Position numbers and translations under genes: made by a program. The notes beneath the pieces are model-generated. The model made no database searches. It saw nothing but the letters and a program-made list of their open reading frames with translations, and was not told where the DNA came from. Below are positions 51,210 to 61,262 of a DNA stretch of 64,000 nt, piece by piece. The DNA is from Desulfatiglandales bacterium (GTDB lineage Bacteria; Desulfobacterota; DSM-4660; Desulfatiglandales; HGW-15): contig CAXXJJ010000004.1 in the NCBI GenBank assembly GCA_963667015.2, positions 1,536,001-1,600,000 of the forward strand. The letters run 5' to 3'. Each line of letters opens with the position of its first letter. Position 1 is the stretch's first letter.

Positions 51210-51297
51210 GAACATCGTTTTGCTCTCCAGCCCCGCCGCAATTCTATGCAAAAAATGAAGGAGACCCTCCGGTGTCTGGTGTAGCTGATTGTTAAAA
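51210..51297 (-). other. attC site, degenerate
   Basis: R'' TTTTAAC, AATCA, L'' GCTACACC ... L' GGAGAGC, AAAAC, R' GATGTTC. Confidence 0.65.
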
Positions 51298-51479
51298 GCC
51301 GTTTTGGTTGCCATTTGGGGCTCATATAATTTGATTAACTGACTATTTTTACGTAACAATTTCGATTTTAATTTTCTATTTGGGGATTTGGGCAATATTT
51401 CTTATTTCCCCATATTAAAGGTGTCGCCGTTTAGCTCTTTTACCTCTATTAGCAATAAATAATTTATTCAAAAACAAAC

Positions 51480-51509
51480 TGGATTCCTCGATCAAGTCGA
51501 AGAATGACG
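51480..51509. repeat. REP-like palindrome (GGATTCC...GAATGAC class)
   Basis: GGATTCCTCGATCAAGTCGAAGAATGAC. Confidence 0.45.
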
Positions 51510-51570
51510 AAAAAAATATTTTATTTGCGTAAAACAACCGGTGTCAGGTCTTCACATTTCACGCAAATAC

Positions 51571-51721
51571 AAAATCCCACATCTAAATTTGAGAAAGTGA
51601 GGTTTATGTATATTTTCGAATCATTGTTTTATTCCAGCATTTACTTTTTATTGCTGGAGCTGGCAGCGTTTTGGATATGCATTTTTAAGACTTACAAACT
51701 TTCGACGGTGTCAGGTCCAGG
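51571..51721 (+). repeat. ~150-bp direct repeat, copy 1
   Basis: Aligns to 52852-52998; internal TCCAGCA/TGCTGGA hairpin; ends GGTGTCAGGTCCAGG. Confidence 0.85.
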
Positions 51722-52086
51722 GTGAAAACAGACTGAAGCTTTATAGGCTAAAGGCTGTTAGGAAAATCTATTCAATTATTAAGAATCGCTTTTGCAAGCG
51801 GGCTGTCGCAAGTCTTTATTGTTCTTAATTTTGTACTCCCGGGAGTGGTTTTAGTCAAGATTAAAAGCTGGAAGGTAAGCCGTCGTCGCCAAGGCTATGC
51901 CGGGCCAGGGAAGCATTTTAGTCCGAAGGCTGTTAGGGGAAGCAATGAAAGAGACCTGCAACAATAACTTCATCATTTTCTTTTATTAATTATTTCCGGA
52001 AGTTCTGAAAGGGACAATGAAGAATGACTGGATACCAGTGTAGGTTTGGTTATAGTCTGTTAAGTAAACCTTTGCATGTAAGAAAA

Positions 52087-52467
52087 TTATTCTTCCGATT
52101 CCAGATTCCTGACCCTGATCTTTTTTTCTTCGATCACTATGATTGTGCCTTGAGAAACTTCTATATCCATTTTTAATACACTTTTACATATTCGGACGAT
52201 ATCAGCAGGTTTTAAATTGCTAAGCCTTAAGTAAAAAATGCCATAACATGTTTTTCCTTCATTGATGGCGAGTGTACCAAAATCGGAGTCATGCGTAAGA
52301 ATAAAACGCTGTTCCTGAAAGGCTATATTTAATATTTCGTCATCATTCTTGCCATACCAATGTTCTTCTTTTATATCCAGAACGTCATATCCCAATTCAC
52401 GAAAACACTTCACCACTTTAGGTGAAATATTTTCATCTGTTAATATTTTGAGTTTCTGGATTTTCAT
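52087..52467 (-). CDS. DUF5615 PIN-like toxin (VapC45-like)
   Basis: LTDENIS, DDEIL, ILTHDSDFG; 4-nt overlap with DUF433 gene. Confidence 0.9.
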   Translation of the reverse strand: MKIQKLKILTDENISPKVVKCFRELGYDVLDIKEEHWYGKNDDEILNIAFQEQRFILTHDSDFGTLAINEGKTCYGIFYLRLSNLKPADIVRICKSVLKMDIEVSQGTIIVIEEKKIRVRNLESEE

Positions 52468-52697
52468 GCCACGGCAGATGTTATTTCAAGATAGATTTCA
52501 TTCTTACAGGAATGTGCAGCATACTTAAGGCAGGCGTGTATATCTTCTTTAGTGAGATGTTGGTAATCTTCCAGGATTTCTTTTTCGGAAACATCTGAAG
52601 CCAATAAATCCAGGATGAATTCTACAGAAATTCTTGTGCCCTTAATGATGGGTTTTCCACCTAATATGTTAGGATTAACTGTGATTCTTTCTATCAT
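52464..52697 (-). CDS. DUF433 antitoxin
   Basis: NPNILGGKPIIKGTRISV, L..EDI.ACL.YA. Confidence 0.93.
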   Translation of the reverse strand: MIERITVNPNILGGKPIIKGTRISVEFILDLLASDVSEKEILEDYQHLTKEDIHACLKYAAHSCKNEIYLEITSAVA

Positions 52698-52851
52698 TTT
52701 TTTTGCCCCGTGTTGTCTCATAATGAGCGAAATTTCTGAGTATTTTACAATAGCAGAATTTAATAATCAAGATATGTATTTGGAGTAAAAACTTGTGATA
52801 ATGCTCAGTAAAAGAACAGATGTCTGCCATTGGCATTGGACATATAAAAAT

Positions 52852-52998
52852 AAAACCCCACATCTCTATTTGAGTTAGTGGGCTTTATGTATTTTTATCG
52901 AATCATTTTTTTATTCCAGCAGTTTCTTTTTTAGTGCTGGAGCTGGCAGCGCTTTGGAAATGCAAAACTTACAAACTTTCGACGGTGTCAGGTCCAGG
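52852..52998 (+). repeat. ~150-bp direct repeat, copy 2
   Basis: Aligns to 51571-51721; forms the false 3' end of the ATPase pseudogene. Confidence 0.85.
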
Positions 52999-53555
52999 CT
53001 ATAAATACTAGGTTCATGGTTTCTGTATGCCTGGTAGGCTTTCAGTTCCATAAGAATAAAATGCTCAAAAGATTTGCCAAATTCAGGTGTGCCTGCCCAG
53101 AGTTTGCGACGCGCAAGATAATTGGAGACACCAATATCAAAAAGATAAAATTTTTCTGTTTCTATATATGAAAGAGGCGCCATTGAATATCTCCATGCTC
53201 TTCCACCTAAGAAATTAGCATGATTCCTCCGAAGTTTACGCGCATTTGACCCTGTCATTAAAAATGAAGTTTTGCTGTTTTCAATAAGCCAATGGATTTC
53301 ATTTAACAGATCGGGAACCATCTGGATCTCATCTATAATAACAAGATCTTTATGGTCTCTGTATTGTTCTCTGAGTAATGAGGGACGGGAGACATAGTCC
53401 GCAAATACATCTGTTTTTAATAAATCAATAATAACAGAGTCTTTAAAACGTTCGCCTACCCAATACGTCTTTCCTGTTTTTCTCGGTCCCCAGAGAAATG
53501 CAGAGCGATTATCCGGCAGGTTAATATCTAATAATCTTTTTATTATTTTACCCAT
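52911..53555 (-). pseudogene. AAA_14/DUF4143 ATPase remnant
   Basis: GPRKTGKT, IDEIQ, TGS; jumps directly to KFYLFDIG (internal deletion) and is truncated by the repeat. Confidence 0.8.
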
Positions 53556-53667
53556 GTTAGGGGAATATTATCTAGATAATCTGCCCTGTCAAGGAAAGTT
53601 ATTTTCTATAGGTTAAGGGGCAATCTTTCATTTATCTATTGGATATCTTTACCTTTTGTGAAAAATA

Positions 53668-53774
53668 GCAGGATGAAGCATATTAGTCCGAAGACTGTTA
53701 GGAAAATCAGGTGTAAGGCGCTTAGGCGCTATAGTATGAAGGCAAAAAGAAAAACCTAACAGCCTTCAGCCTGC
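53668..53774. repeat. inverted pair of a dispersed ~32-bp repeat
   Basis: GCAGGATGAAGC...GAAGACTGTTAGG and CCTAACAGCCTTCAGCCTGC; other copies at 37371, 38563, 46031, 51731, 51910. Confidence 0.65.
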
Positions 53775-54019
53775 TTTTCCTTATCTCTTAGGTGTCCAGT
53801 AAAATCTGGAGGTCATTTTCGTAAAATGATCGTCATTTCAATGAGTTGGGTAGATTTTTAAAGATTTTTTCAACACGTCCCATAAATTTATGGGACAGGT
53901 AGAAAATTTATCAGAAAAATAGCCTAACCATTTGATACAGCGATTATTTTACAAAAACAGGCTTTTTATTTCATTGGACAGGTAACATCAGGAGTTGTCT
54001 CTGAGGGGCTGTATTTTTA

Positions 54020-54349
54020 CTACGCTTCCAGCAATCTCCTTTGTAGAAGCGATTGCATATCACGGCGGCCATCTGCTATCAGGAAAATATAAACATTTTT
54101 CTTAATGATCCGGTAAATAATACGATATGGTTTGAAGAAAATCTCTCGGTATTCTCTTATTCCCAGTTTCAGAAGTTCTTTTGGATATACACCCCGTTCG
54201 GGAAATTCGATTAAAGATGAAAGGTTTTTTTCGATCTGCTGCAAAACATATTCCGCTCTCCCGGGAGAATCATATATCACTATATATTCATAAATTTCGG
54301 TAAGGTCGGCTGCAGCATCTTCGGTTAAAAAAACCTTGAATCCCATCAC
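54020..54349 (-). CDS. RelE/ParE family toxin
   Basis: A..DL.EI..YI, FPERG, PYRIIY, DGRRD. Confidence 0.92.
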   Translation of the reverse strand: MMGFKVFLTEDAAADLTEIYEYIVIYDSPGRAEYVLQQIEKNLSSLIEFPERGVYPKELLKLGIREYREIFFKPYRIIYRIIKKNVYIFLIADGRRDMQSLLQRRLLEA

Positions 54350-54621
54350 GGTTTCTCCTGCCGTTTGCGGAGTTTTTTAATTACGTCTTCCGCAGGTAAC
54401 ACCTTTCCTTCCTCAATTTGTTTTATTCCTAATGATAAAATTTTTAAAAGCGCGATTGTTTCCTGAGTCTGTTCATAGCTCTTGATATCCTGCATAACCA
54501 CTTTTGCTTCGCCATTCTGAGTGATAACCAGGGGTTGCTGCTCTTTGGAAAAATTTCTTACGATTTCTGCAGCATGCGCTTTCAGGTAACTTATGGGTTT
54601 AATCTGTTTCGAATACTTCAT
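54346..54621 (-). CDS. Phd/YefM family antitoxin
   Basis: IKPISYLKAHAAEI, VITQNGEAKVV; 4-nt overlap with toxin. Confidence 0.93.
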   Translation of the reverse strand: MKYSKQIKPISYLKAHAAEIVRNFSKEQQPLVITQNGEAKVVMQDIKSYEQTQETIALLKILSLGIKQIEEGKVLPAEDVIKKLRKRQEKP

Positions 54622-54948
54622 GATAATCTCCGGTTTTATAAACAGGACTTAATATAGACTATATTTGGACCAAATATCAAGGATTAATGACAGTGTCTAT
54701 ATCTCCATGAACCAGGGTCATACTTCATTAATCCCCTCGTTCCAACTGAGACAGCAGGAATGACTGCACAGACGTTCCGCGTCCTCCTGTTACCGGTTTG
54801 TACAAATATCCATCAATCCAATAACTCCTTGCGTTTGGAAAAAGCCGGTGTTCAACTCATCAATATATACCCCCTGCATAGTGGTAATTCAATCTTCAAT
54901 ATTCAATTAAAAGGCCCCCAAAACTGAATTCTCCGGTTCAGCCTTGTT

Positions 54949-57900
54949 TTAAGCTTCCGGTTTCCTGAGCGGCGGAGGCTGCACACTGTCAGCTTTTTTC
55001 TTTTTCCAGATGCCCACCGCCTTAAACATCCCGCCATCGCTGAAGCATTCCCATGCCCAAGGGAGCCATTTCAGTATCAGCGAGTAGGCAAGCCACAGGG
55101 CCCAGAGAAGCATCAGTCCTTTAAAGAAGAAAATATGAAGGGACATTACCGTGGCAGTCGGAAGTTTTGATGCAACCCTGTCCTGTGTCCAGTTGAGTAT
55201 AAAATCAGAAGACATGTTACCCTGTATCTGCATTTCGGGTATTCCAAGAAGCCCTCTCTGGATTGAATCCCACAACCCTGCTATTGCGATAATGAACCAG
55301 ATTACCAGCATAAGTTGAGCAAGATTAAAGACCCATGGTTTCTGGTTTTGAACCGCCTTTTTTCTGGCACCCATTGCAAGGAACCATCCGGCAATAATGA
55401 TTGCTATGGGAGAAGCCACCTGTGTCAGACCAAGCCCGAGCAGTATCCATGAGGTCGTTCCAAGGGGAGTCCATTTGAATTTACCGAGTAATACACCGGC
55501 AAGTACAATTACAATCAGATAACTCCAGAACAGGACTGCGGGCCCCATAACAGGTCCGCCGGCAAACAATATCCACCGGTTTTGGGGTATTTTAAATGTT
55601 ATGTATGCATTCACCACTTCGGTCCCCACATCCACAGAAGGAGAAGTTGTTATTACCCGTGAATCTGTGTTCTGCTGCCATTCAAACTCAACCGTCTGGG
55701 CACCGGGATTGAGTGGAACTGTAACAGTTCTTCCCTGCTGGCTTATGGGCTGACTCCTGCCTGATATACTCACCTGCCTCAGATTCGCACCTTCCGGGAG
55801 TGTAATCTTCTGCTGTCCTCCCTGGCTGCTCCTGATATTGAGGCTCAGTTCTGACATACTTATCCGTTTTCCCGGCGAGTGTGTCAGTTTTGCATTATCT
55901 ATGGTTATTATTTTTCCGGGGATGGCCGCGGGCCTTGTAACCTTTATTGTTATCTCTTCTCCCTGCCATGGTTTCCATTCAGGGCGCCACTGCCCGGTCC
56001 GGTCCTGGTGATGTATAAGAGGAATGCCCGAAAGCTCGCAATGCCATATGGGGCTCGCATCGAGAATCCAGGATTCAACATACTCGCTTGTTTCACCGGC
56101 CTTGAGGGATATCTCGTTTGAAGGTTCAATAGTTGAAACCCAGCGTTTCTCCCTTTCTCCCGGAGACATGCTTATAACTATTCTGTTGTCTTCGACCTTG
56201 ATACCCCCTGTAATTACTGATTCACCCTTTACAAGGGGAATTGATACAACTACCGGATCATTCGAAGGTGTCATTCGTCTCACAATCGTATGTATCTGCC
56301 AGTCAATGCCAAGGGAGATTACTCTTTCGACCTGAAAAAACGGAGGCAGAACTGAGCTGCTTTCCGGAACTCCTTCTTTGCTCTTTTTTTCGAGCCTGAC
56401 AAATTTGATACTCCCCAGTACCTGCCCGTCTCTGTCCACACCATAGGCTGCCCACCCGTCTGCCTTAAGGGATACATTATGGGGAGTCATGGTCAGGGGT
56501 ATCTGGAATTCATTTGCCGCAGGTATCCTTCCCCTTATGATCACATCATTGATTCCTTCCGGAACAAGTAACCACATGGTCCCGGCCCTATCCCGGTACA
56601 GATTTCCGGCCGGATTATTCCCGATAAAAACCTCTTCGGGGTTCCACATCATTAAAGACCCGGGCAGAGGGACAGCGGTTTCTACTGATGCATGAACCCT
56701 TAATAGGATGCGCACAATATCATTATTAACAGAGATCTCCATTTGAGGACTGTCAGCACAGTATGGAAAACATTCATCCTTTTCAAGCAGACGATCCTTC
56801 AGTTCCCTGAGCATTTCAGGAGGAGGGAAATTTCCATTATCATCTGCAAAGGCCCTGTCTGCTGCAGGAAACAGAAGGAACAAAACAAACATTGCTGATG
56901 CAGCGGCCTTTAGGCCCTCTATTTTTATTTTTTTCAAGTCCATGACATACAGGGCAAGCAGGGCAAGCAGTATAATCCGCACAAATGCCAGTACAAGGTT
57001 GATTTCAGGTGATAAAAGCCAGAAACTTATCTCCTGCCCCGAGTCAACCGGTCCGTTCCAGCTCATATCATGGGAATGCCATTTCCACTGGGGAAGTCCG
57101 GGCCCTGTCTGTATAAGGGCATTGGGATCCTGAAGCATGACATTCTGACTCTGGTCGTAATAACCGCGATCAAATTCTTGATTCGCAGATACACTTATCT
57201 CATCAAGTGTAAACTCATCCTCAGCCCGGTCAGCAAAGCTCGACACGGCTTTACTCACTCTTCTCCCGGCCTCTTCCATTTTTCTTTCCCCCAGAGCAGG
57301 CCCCGGGGCGCTTTTCATCATCATAACCTGATGCCCTGCGTAATTCTTCGTATGTTCAAGCTGGGGGTACAGACCTGTCCGTGCCTGTTTAACAACAAAG
57401 GGCACCACCATTACGATAAGAACAATTATGGACGCAAGTCTCCACAGATCCACTATCTTCCTGAACCAGCCCTCCGGGATAAAACGTAAAAGTGCTGTAG
57501 CTGCAAGCAGGGATATCCAGACAGTTCTGGGAGAACCCGGTTCATGATATATAAGCACAAGGGTTATCAGAGCAAGGATACCGTAACGGATATTAAAGAG
57601 CCTGAATATGGCGGTTGAGATTACAAGAACAAGGAATAGGTCAAGAAGGTTCCAGTTTTGGAGCCATGTTCCTTTTATTGAGTCTACACCATTTACATTA
57701 ATCAACCTCCATCCGGGAGGCAGGTTAAGACTTGCGGAGAGCTGCTGAACATTATGATCCCACCCCACAGCAGGAATGGTCTTTATACCTGATTCTATGC
57801 GGGATTCCCCCTGCAGATCAATTTCCCCCGTACGCAGTTCAACCCCGGATTTATTATCTTTACCATGGCTGGTTATTAACTGATCCACTCCATCCAGAAC

Positions 57901-59061
57901 AACCCTCCCCAGTTTAACAGGTGAATTCATGGCAAGATACCATTGCCTGCTCATTGTGCCATCTATGCTGTCCTGAAGCGTATAGCCTTTACCATCAAAG
58001 TCCAGCCATATGTTCCTGTGCATTGTCAACTGATCAGGCGCGGGTGAAGGGTCTCCTCTCCTTGTCTGCTCAAGTACAAGGTTATCACCCTTATTGATTA
58101 TATATGCAGGATATGACTTCCACTCGGAGGGAAGATCGGTTTGCCCCGGATCAATTCCCTGGACACCCTGGACCTTTATCATCCGAAGATGATTCTGAGA
58201 TTTAACGACCCATATTTCCTGGCCATAGGTTGCGTTTGCAGGTCCGACACTGTTGACAGGGCCTTTAGATCTGGTTTTTACGTAAATATCCCACTTTCCA
58301 GGCCTTGCCTGAACTGTAACTTCGCCATTTTCTCCAATAAGGACAGGCAGGGGGCCTGTTATCTGCATGGGTATAAAATCTTCCGGAAGCAGGTCTGCAA
58401 GCTTCACTTCCCGGGCCTGACCTGAGACATATAATCTTAAAAGACTGGTTATGTACATCGGAATGTCATCATCTATCATCCTGAACAGTTTTACATCCAG
58501 CCTGTCTTCAACAGTTTTAGCCACTTTTTTATTTTGAAACCATAGACGTCCGGAATTATCCAGAAGCGGTGAGTCAACAGGCCTGTTATTTATAACAAGG
58601 TCGATCAGGCCTGTCTTTTCCGGCACACTGATCATTTCGGGCATGCTCTTCCATTTAAAAATCCCGTTTACAGTGTGGGTGCCCTTTTTTAAAAAAATCG
58701 ACGGGATACCGTTCCGGCTTACAACAGGGGTCTTTTTCCCATTTACTGTAATGTCATTGGGCCATGTATTCATGTTTCCGGGAACAGAAATCCAGTTTTC
58801 CGAATAGATTATAAACTGCTGCGAAAATGTTCCGCCTGTCTCATTAAGCTTAAGGCTTAGCCTGGAAGGCCACATACACAGGTATTCATTCCCGTTGTTA
58901 AAGGGGCTGGGACAGGTATATTCTTCAGATCCATGCAGGACCCAGGATTTCCAGGGTTCGAGCTGGCCCGGGATGCCTTTTTTGTCAGTGACCTTTCCAA
59001 CAGCCGAAAAACTAAAAAAGAGTAAGATCAGACATAGCGAAATTATGGATTTACTGTTCAT
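54949..59061 (-). CDS. large multi-pass membrane protein of unknown function (1370 aa)
   Basis: Signal peptide, two large beta-rich soluble regions each followed by a TM bundle; AGGAGG RBS. Confidence 0.85.
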   Translation of the reverse strand: MNSKSIISLCLILLFFSFSAVGKVTDKKGIPGQLEPWKSWVLHGSEEYTCPSPFNNGNEYLCMWPSRLSLKLNETGGTFSQQFIIYSENWISVPGNMNTWPNDITVNGKKTPVVSRNGIPSIFLKKGTHTVNGIFKWKSMPEMISVPEKTGLIDLVINNRPVDSPLLDNSGRLWFQNKKVAKTVEDRLDVKLFRMIDDDIPMYITSLLRLYVSGQAREVKLADLLPEDFIPMQITGPLPVLIGENGEVTVQARPGKWDIYVKTRSKGPVNSVGPANATYGQEIWVVKSQNHLRMIKVQGVQGIDPGQTDLPSEWKSYPAYIINKGDNLVLEQTRRGDPSPAPDQLTMHRNIWLDFDGKGYTLQDSIDGTMSRQWYLAMNSPVKLGRVVLDGVDQLITSHGKDNKSGVELRTGEIDLQGESRIESGIKTIPAVGWDHNVQQLSASLNLPPGWRLINVNGVDSIKGTWLQNWNLLDLFLVLVISTAIFRLFNIRYGILALITLVLIYHEPGSPRTVWISLLAATALLRFIPEGWFRKIVDLWRLASIIVLIVMVVPFVVKQARTGLYPQLEHTKNYAGHQVMMMKSAPGPALGERKMEEAGRRVSKAVSSFADRAEDEFTLDEISVSANQEFDRGYYDQSQNVMLQDPNALIQTGPGLPQWKWHSHDMSWNGPVDSGQEISFWLLSPEINLVLAFVRIILLALLALYVMDLKKIKIEGLKAAASAMFVLFLLFPAADRAFADDNGNFPPPEMLRELKDRLLEKDECFPYCADSPQMEISVNNDIVRILLRVHASVETAVPLPGSLMMWNPEEVFIGNNPAGNLYRDRAGTMWLLVPEGINDVIIRGRIPAANEFQIPLTMTPHNVSLKADGWAAYGVDRDGQVLGSIKFVRLEKKSKEGVPESSSVLPPFFQVERVISLGIDWQIHTIVRRMTPSNDPVVVSIPLVKGESVITGGIKVEDNRIVISMSPGEREKRWVSTIEPSNEISLKAGETSEYVESWILDASPIWHCELSGIPLIHHQDRTGQWRPEWKPWQGEEITIKVTRPAAIPGKIITIDNAKLTHSPGKRISMSELSLNIRSSQGGQQKITLPEGANLRQVSISGRSQPISQQGRTVTVPLNPGAQTVEFEWQQNTDSRVITTSPSVDVGTEVVNAYITFKIPQNRWILFAGGPVMGPAVLFWSYLIVIVLAGVLLGKFKWTPLGTTSWILLGLGLTQVASPIAIIIAGWFLAMGARKKAVQNQKPWVFNLAQLMLVIWFIIAIAGLWDSIQRGLLGIPEMQIQGNMSSDFILNWTQDRVASKLPTATVMSLHIFFFKGLMLLWALWLAYSLILKWLPWAWECFSDGGMFKAVGIWKKKKADSVQPPPLRKPEA

Positions 59062-59193
59062 ATCTCCTCCTGGAGGTAAAATAAAAAAGCATGTTGTTAA
59101 ATATGGGCACAGTATGGTATGAAGAAATGATTATAGATTAAAAAACAACATAAAATCAAATACTCAAACTGTACGATAAAAAGCGCGAATAAC

Positions 59194-59442
59194 ATGTCAT
59201 TTATTATATGCAGCAGAAAAAAATCAATGCCCAAGGTAAGTGTAGCCATCTGTAAAAAATGCGCCAGGTTAAAAAAATGCCCCGACTACAGTTTATTTCA
59301 GCAGCCGCTGCTCTTCTCTGGCATTAAAAAAGAAGAATTATATACGAAAAAAAGAAAAAAAAGTTATAAAAATCAGGATAATCTCCATACACCTTCACAT
59401 GAAGAACAGCTTCTTCTGGGATTTTCAGGTATTGTAAAATAG
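59194..59442 (+). CDS. small basic hypothetical protein with CxxC...C
   Basis: 82 aa, CKKC...CPDY; no clear RBS. Confidence 0.4.
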   Translation: MSFIICSRKKSMPKVSVAICKKCARLKKCPDYSLFQQPLLFSGIKKEELYTKKRKKSYKNQDNLHTPSHEEQLLLGFSGIVK

Positions 59443-59523
59443 CCCTGACAAAATTATATGCAACACCGGGTCTTATCACCCTATCAATCCATCCTTTTAA
59501 TATTGTCTCTATAAAAGCGATAA

Positions 59524-59556
59524 AAAAAGATCCTGCCCTATGAACAGGATCTTTTT
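59524..59556. terminator. bidirectional intrinsic terminator
   Basis: AAAAAGATCCTG...CAGGATCTTTTT. Confidence 0.8.
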
Positions 59557-59579
59557 AAATCACAAAGTATAAAAGGTTT

Positions 59580-60872
59580 TTATAGACCGACTTCAGCCAG
59601 ATCAAGCCCGAGATAGGCTCTCTCATTCTCCCCAAGACACCCCAGTGAAAGGCAGATAAGGGTCCAGAGATGAACAGTATGATAGCCGGCTTCGTAATGA
59701 TCGCTGAGGTCATGGATCTGCGCATGGCAATTATGACAAGGGGTTATGCAGTAATCAGCCCCGGTTGACTTTATCTGGCTTAGTTTTAACCTTCCATAAT
59801 GACGCCTGGCATCATTGAAGCCTGACTGGAGATAACCACCGCCGCCGCCGCAGCAGTAGTTATTGGACATGTTGGGAGTCATATCAATGAAGTTTTCTTC
59901 ACCGACAACTGCCCTTACAACAAACCTGAGATCCTCGGCAACCGGGTCACCAAGAGATTTTCTTACAAGCTGGCATGGGTCCTGTACTGTAAATTTTACC
60001 TTCAGGTCCTTGTTCCAGTCTGAATTAACCTTAAGTTTTCCTTCTCTGATCCATTGGGCGTATAACTCGACAATGCTCTTAATTTCAAACTTGTGGGGAA
60101 TATTGAATTTTTTCAGTCCGGCCCGGACCGCGTACATCTCGTGGCCTCATTCCGTATTGAGCCAGACCTTGCACCCCAGGTCCTCCACAGCCCTGGCTTT
60201 AACTTTAGTTATATGTTCCCACTGGTCTATTTCCTGGGCAAACATGCAGTAATTTTCTGCTGCCCAGCCCTTTGTGCCGTAAGTCCAGTCTGCACCCGCC
60301 AGGTGCATGATCTTCCAGAGGGGAACCATTTCATCAGGTTCTGTTACCGGTTCTCTTGAGTTCTGATTGAGGAAATAATAGGCGCCCTGTTTGTTTATTG
60401 GTGCCTGGAGGTCTTCCCAGCCTTCCTGTGTCTCTTTTACTTCTTCAAGTACATCTTCCACAACAAACTGGAAATCTTCTTCGGATGCCCCCATGGCGCT
60501 GCAGGTATCGCTTCTCAGAGCCATATTGCAGGAATCTAAAATTCCCTTGGGTTTCTTTTCCTCCGGCCATGAGTTGCGCACCAGGCCGATTATTCCCGCA
60601 ATATCGACGTTCATGGGGCATGCGTGCGTGCACCGCATGCACATGCTGCACATCCATACCCACGGTGTGGAAAGTACTTCTTCATCCATACCGAGGGCAA
60701 CCATCCTGATAAATTTTCGCGGGTCCATATCTTCAAGGCCTGTGGCAGGACATCCTCCCGCGCAGGTTCCACAGGTGTAGCAAAGGTTAAAGTTACAGTC
60801 AGGAAGCATTTTTTCCACTTTCTCCCTGAATTCCGCCTTCTGCTCATCCAGAATAATCGCTTCTTGAGGCAT
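59580..60872 (-). CDS. HdrD/GlpC-like Fe-S oxidoreductase, selenoprotein (UGA at 60147-60149 = residue 242; 430 aa)
   Basis: Two CxxCxxCxxxCP, NTE-U-GH where family has ECGH, QDPC, CCGGGGG, CHNC; in-frame fusion; GGAG RBS at ATG 60872. Confidence 0.92.
60114..60130 (-). promoter_or_regulatory. SECIS-like hairpin
   Basis: CGGUCCG-GGC-CGGACUG, loop G at +24 from UGA. Confidence 0.78.
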
Positions 60873-61262
60873 ACATTTCTCCATATAGGTTATTTGGTTT
60901 CTAAAGTGGTTCCCAAAGTTAATTTCGGTGAAAACAATGCCTGTAAGCCAATATGGTGAATTAAAATTACATTTTCGACAGGTAAAAGTCAACTTTCAAG
61001 TTTTCCATAATAAACCGAGGATAAATCGAGGTCGACAATATAAAAAAGATAAAGAATCCTGGTTTTTCTCATGAAACCTGAAAATCTGCCGATAGTAATA
61101 TATCGGTAAATTTGGTAAAACTGCTTGAAATACAAATATTTTTATTGCATTAATGGTCTAATAGTATATTATTCTAGGTTGAGAAAAAAATCACAAATTA
61201 CAAGATTTTTTAAGACAAGCTTTTAAATGAATAGCAATTAATAATATGAAGGAGGAAGTTTT

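Noticed and set aside
51189..51725. Short ORFs 51189-51395 and 51504-51725
   Set aside because: They run through attC and repeat DNA; likely non-coding or cassette remnants
61069..61130. sigma54- or sigma28-like motifs upstream of acd
   Set aside because: GG-GC spacing is wrong for sigma54; the sigma28-like match is weak and unsupported by context
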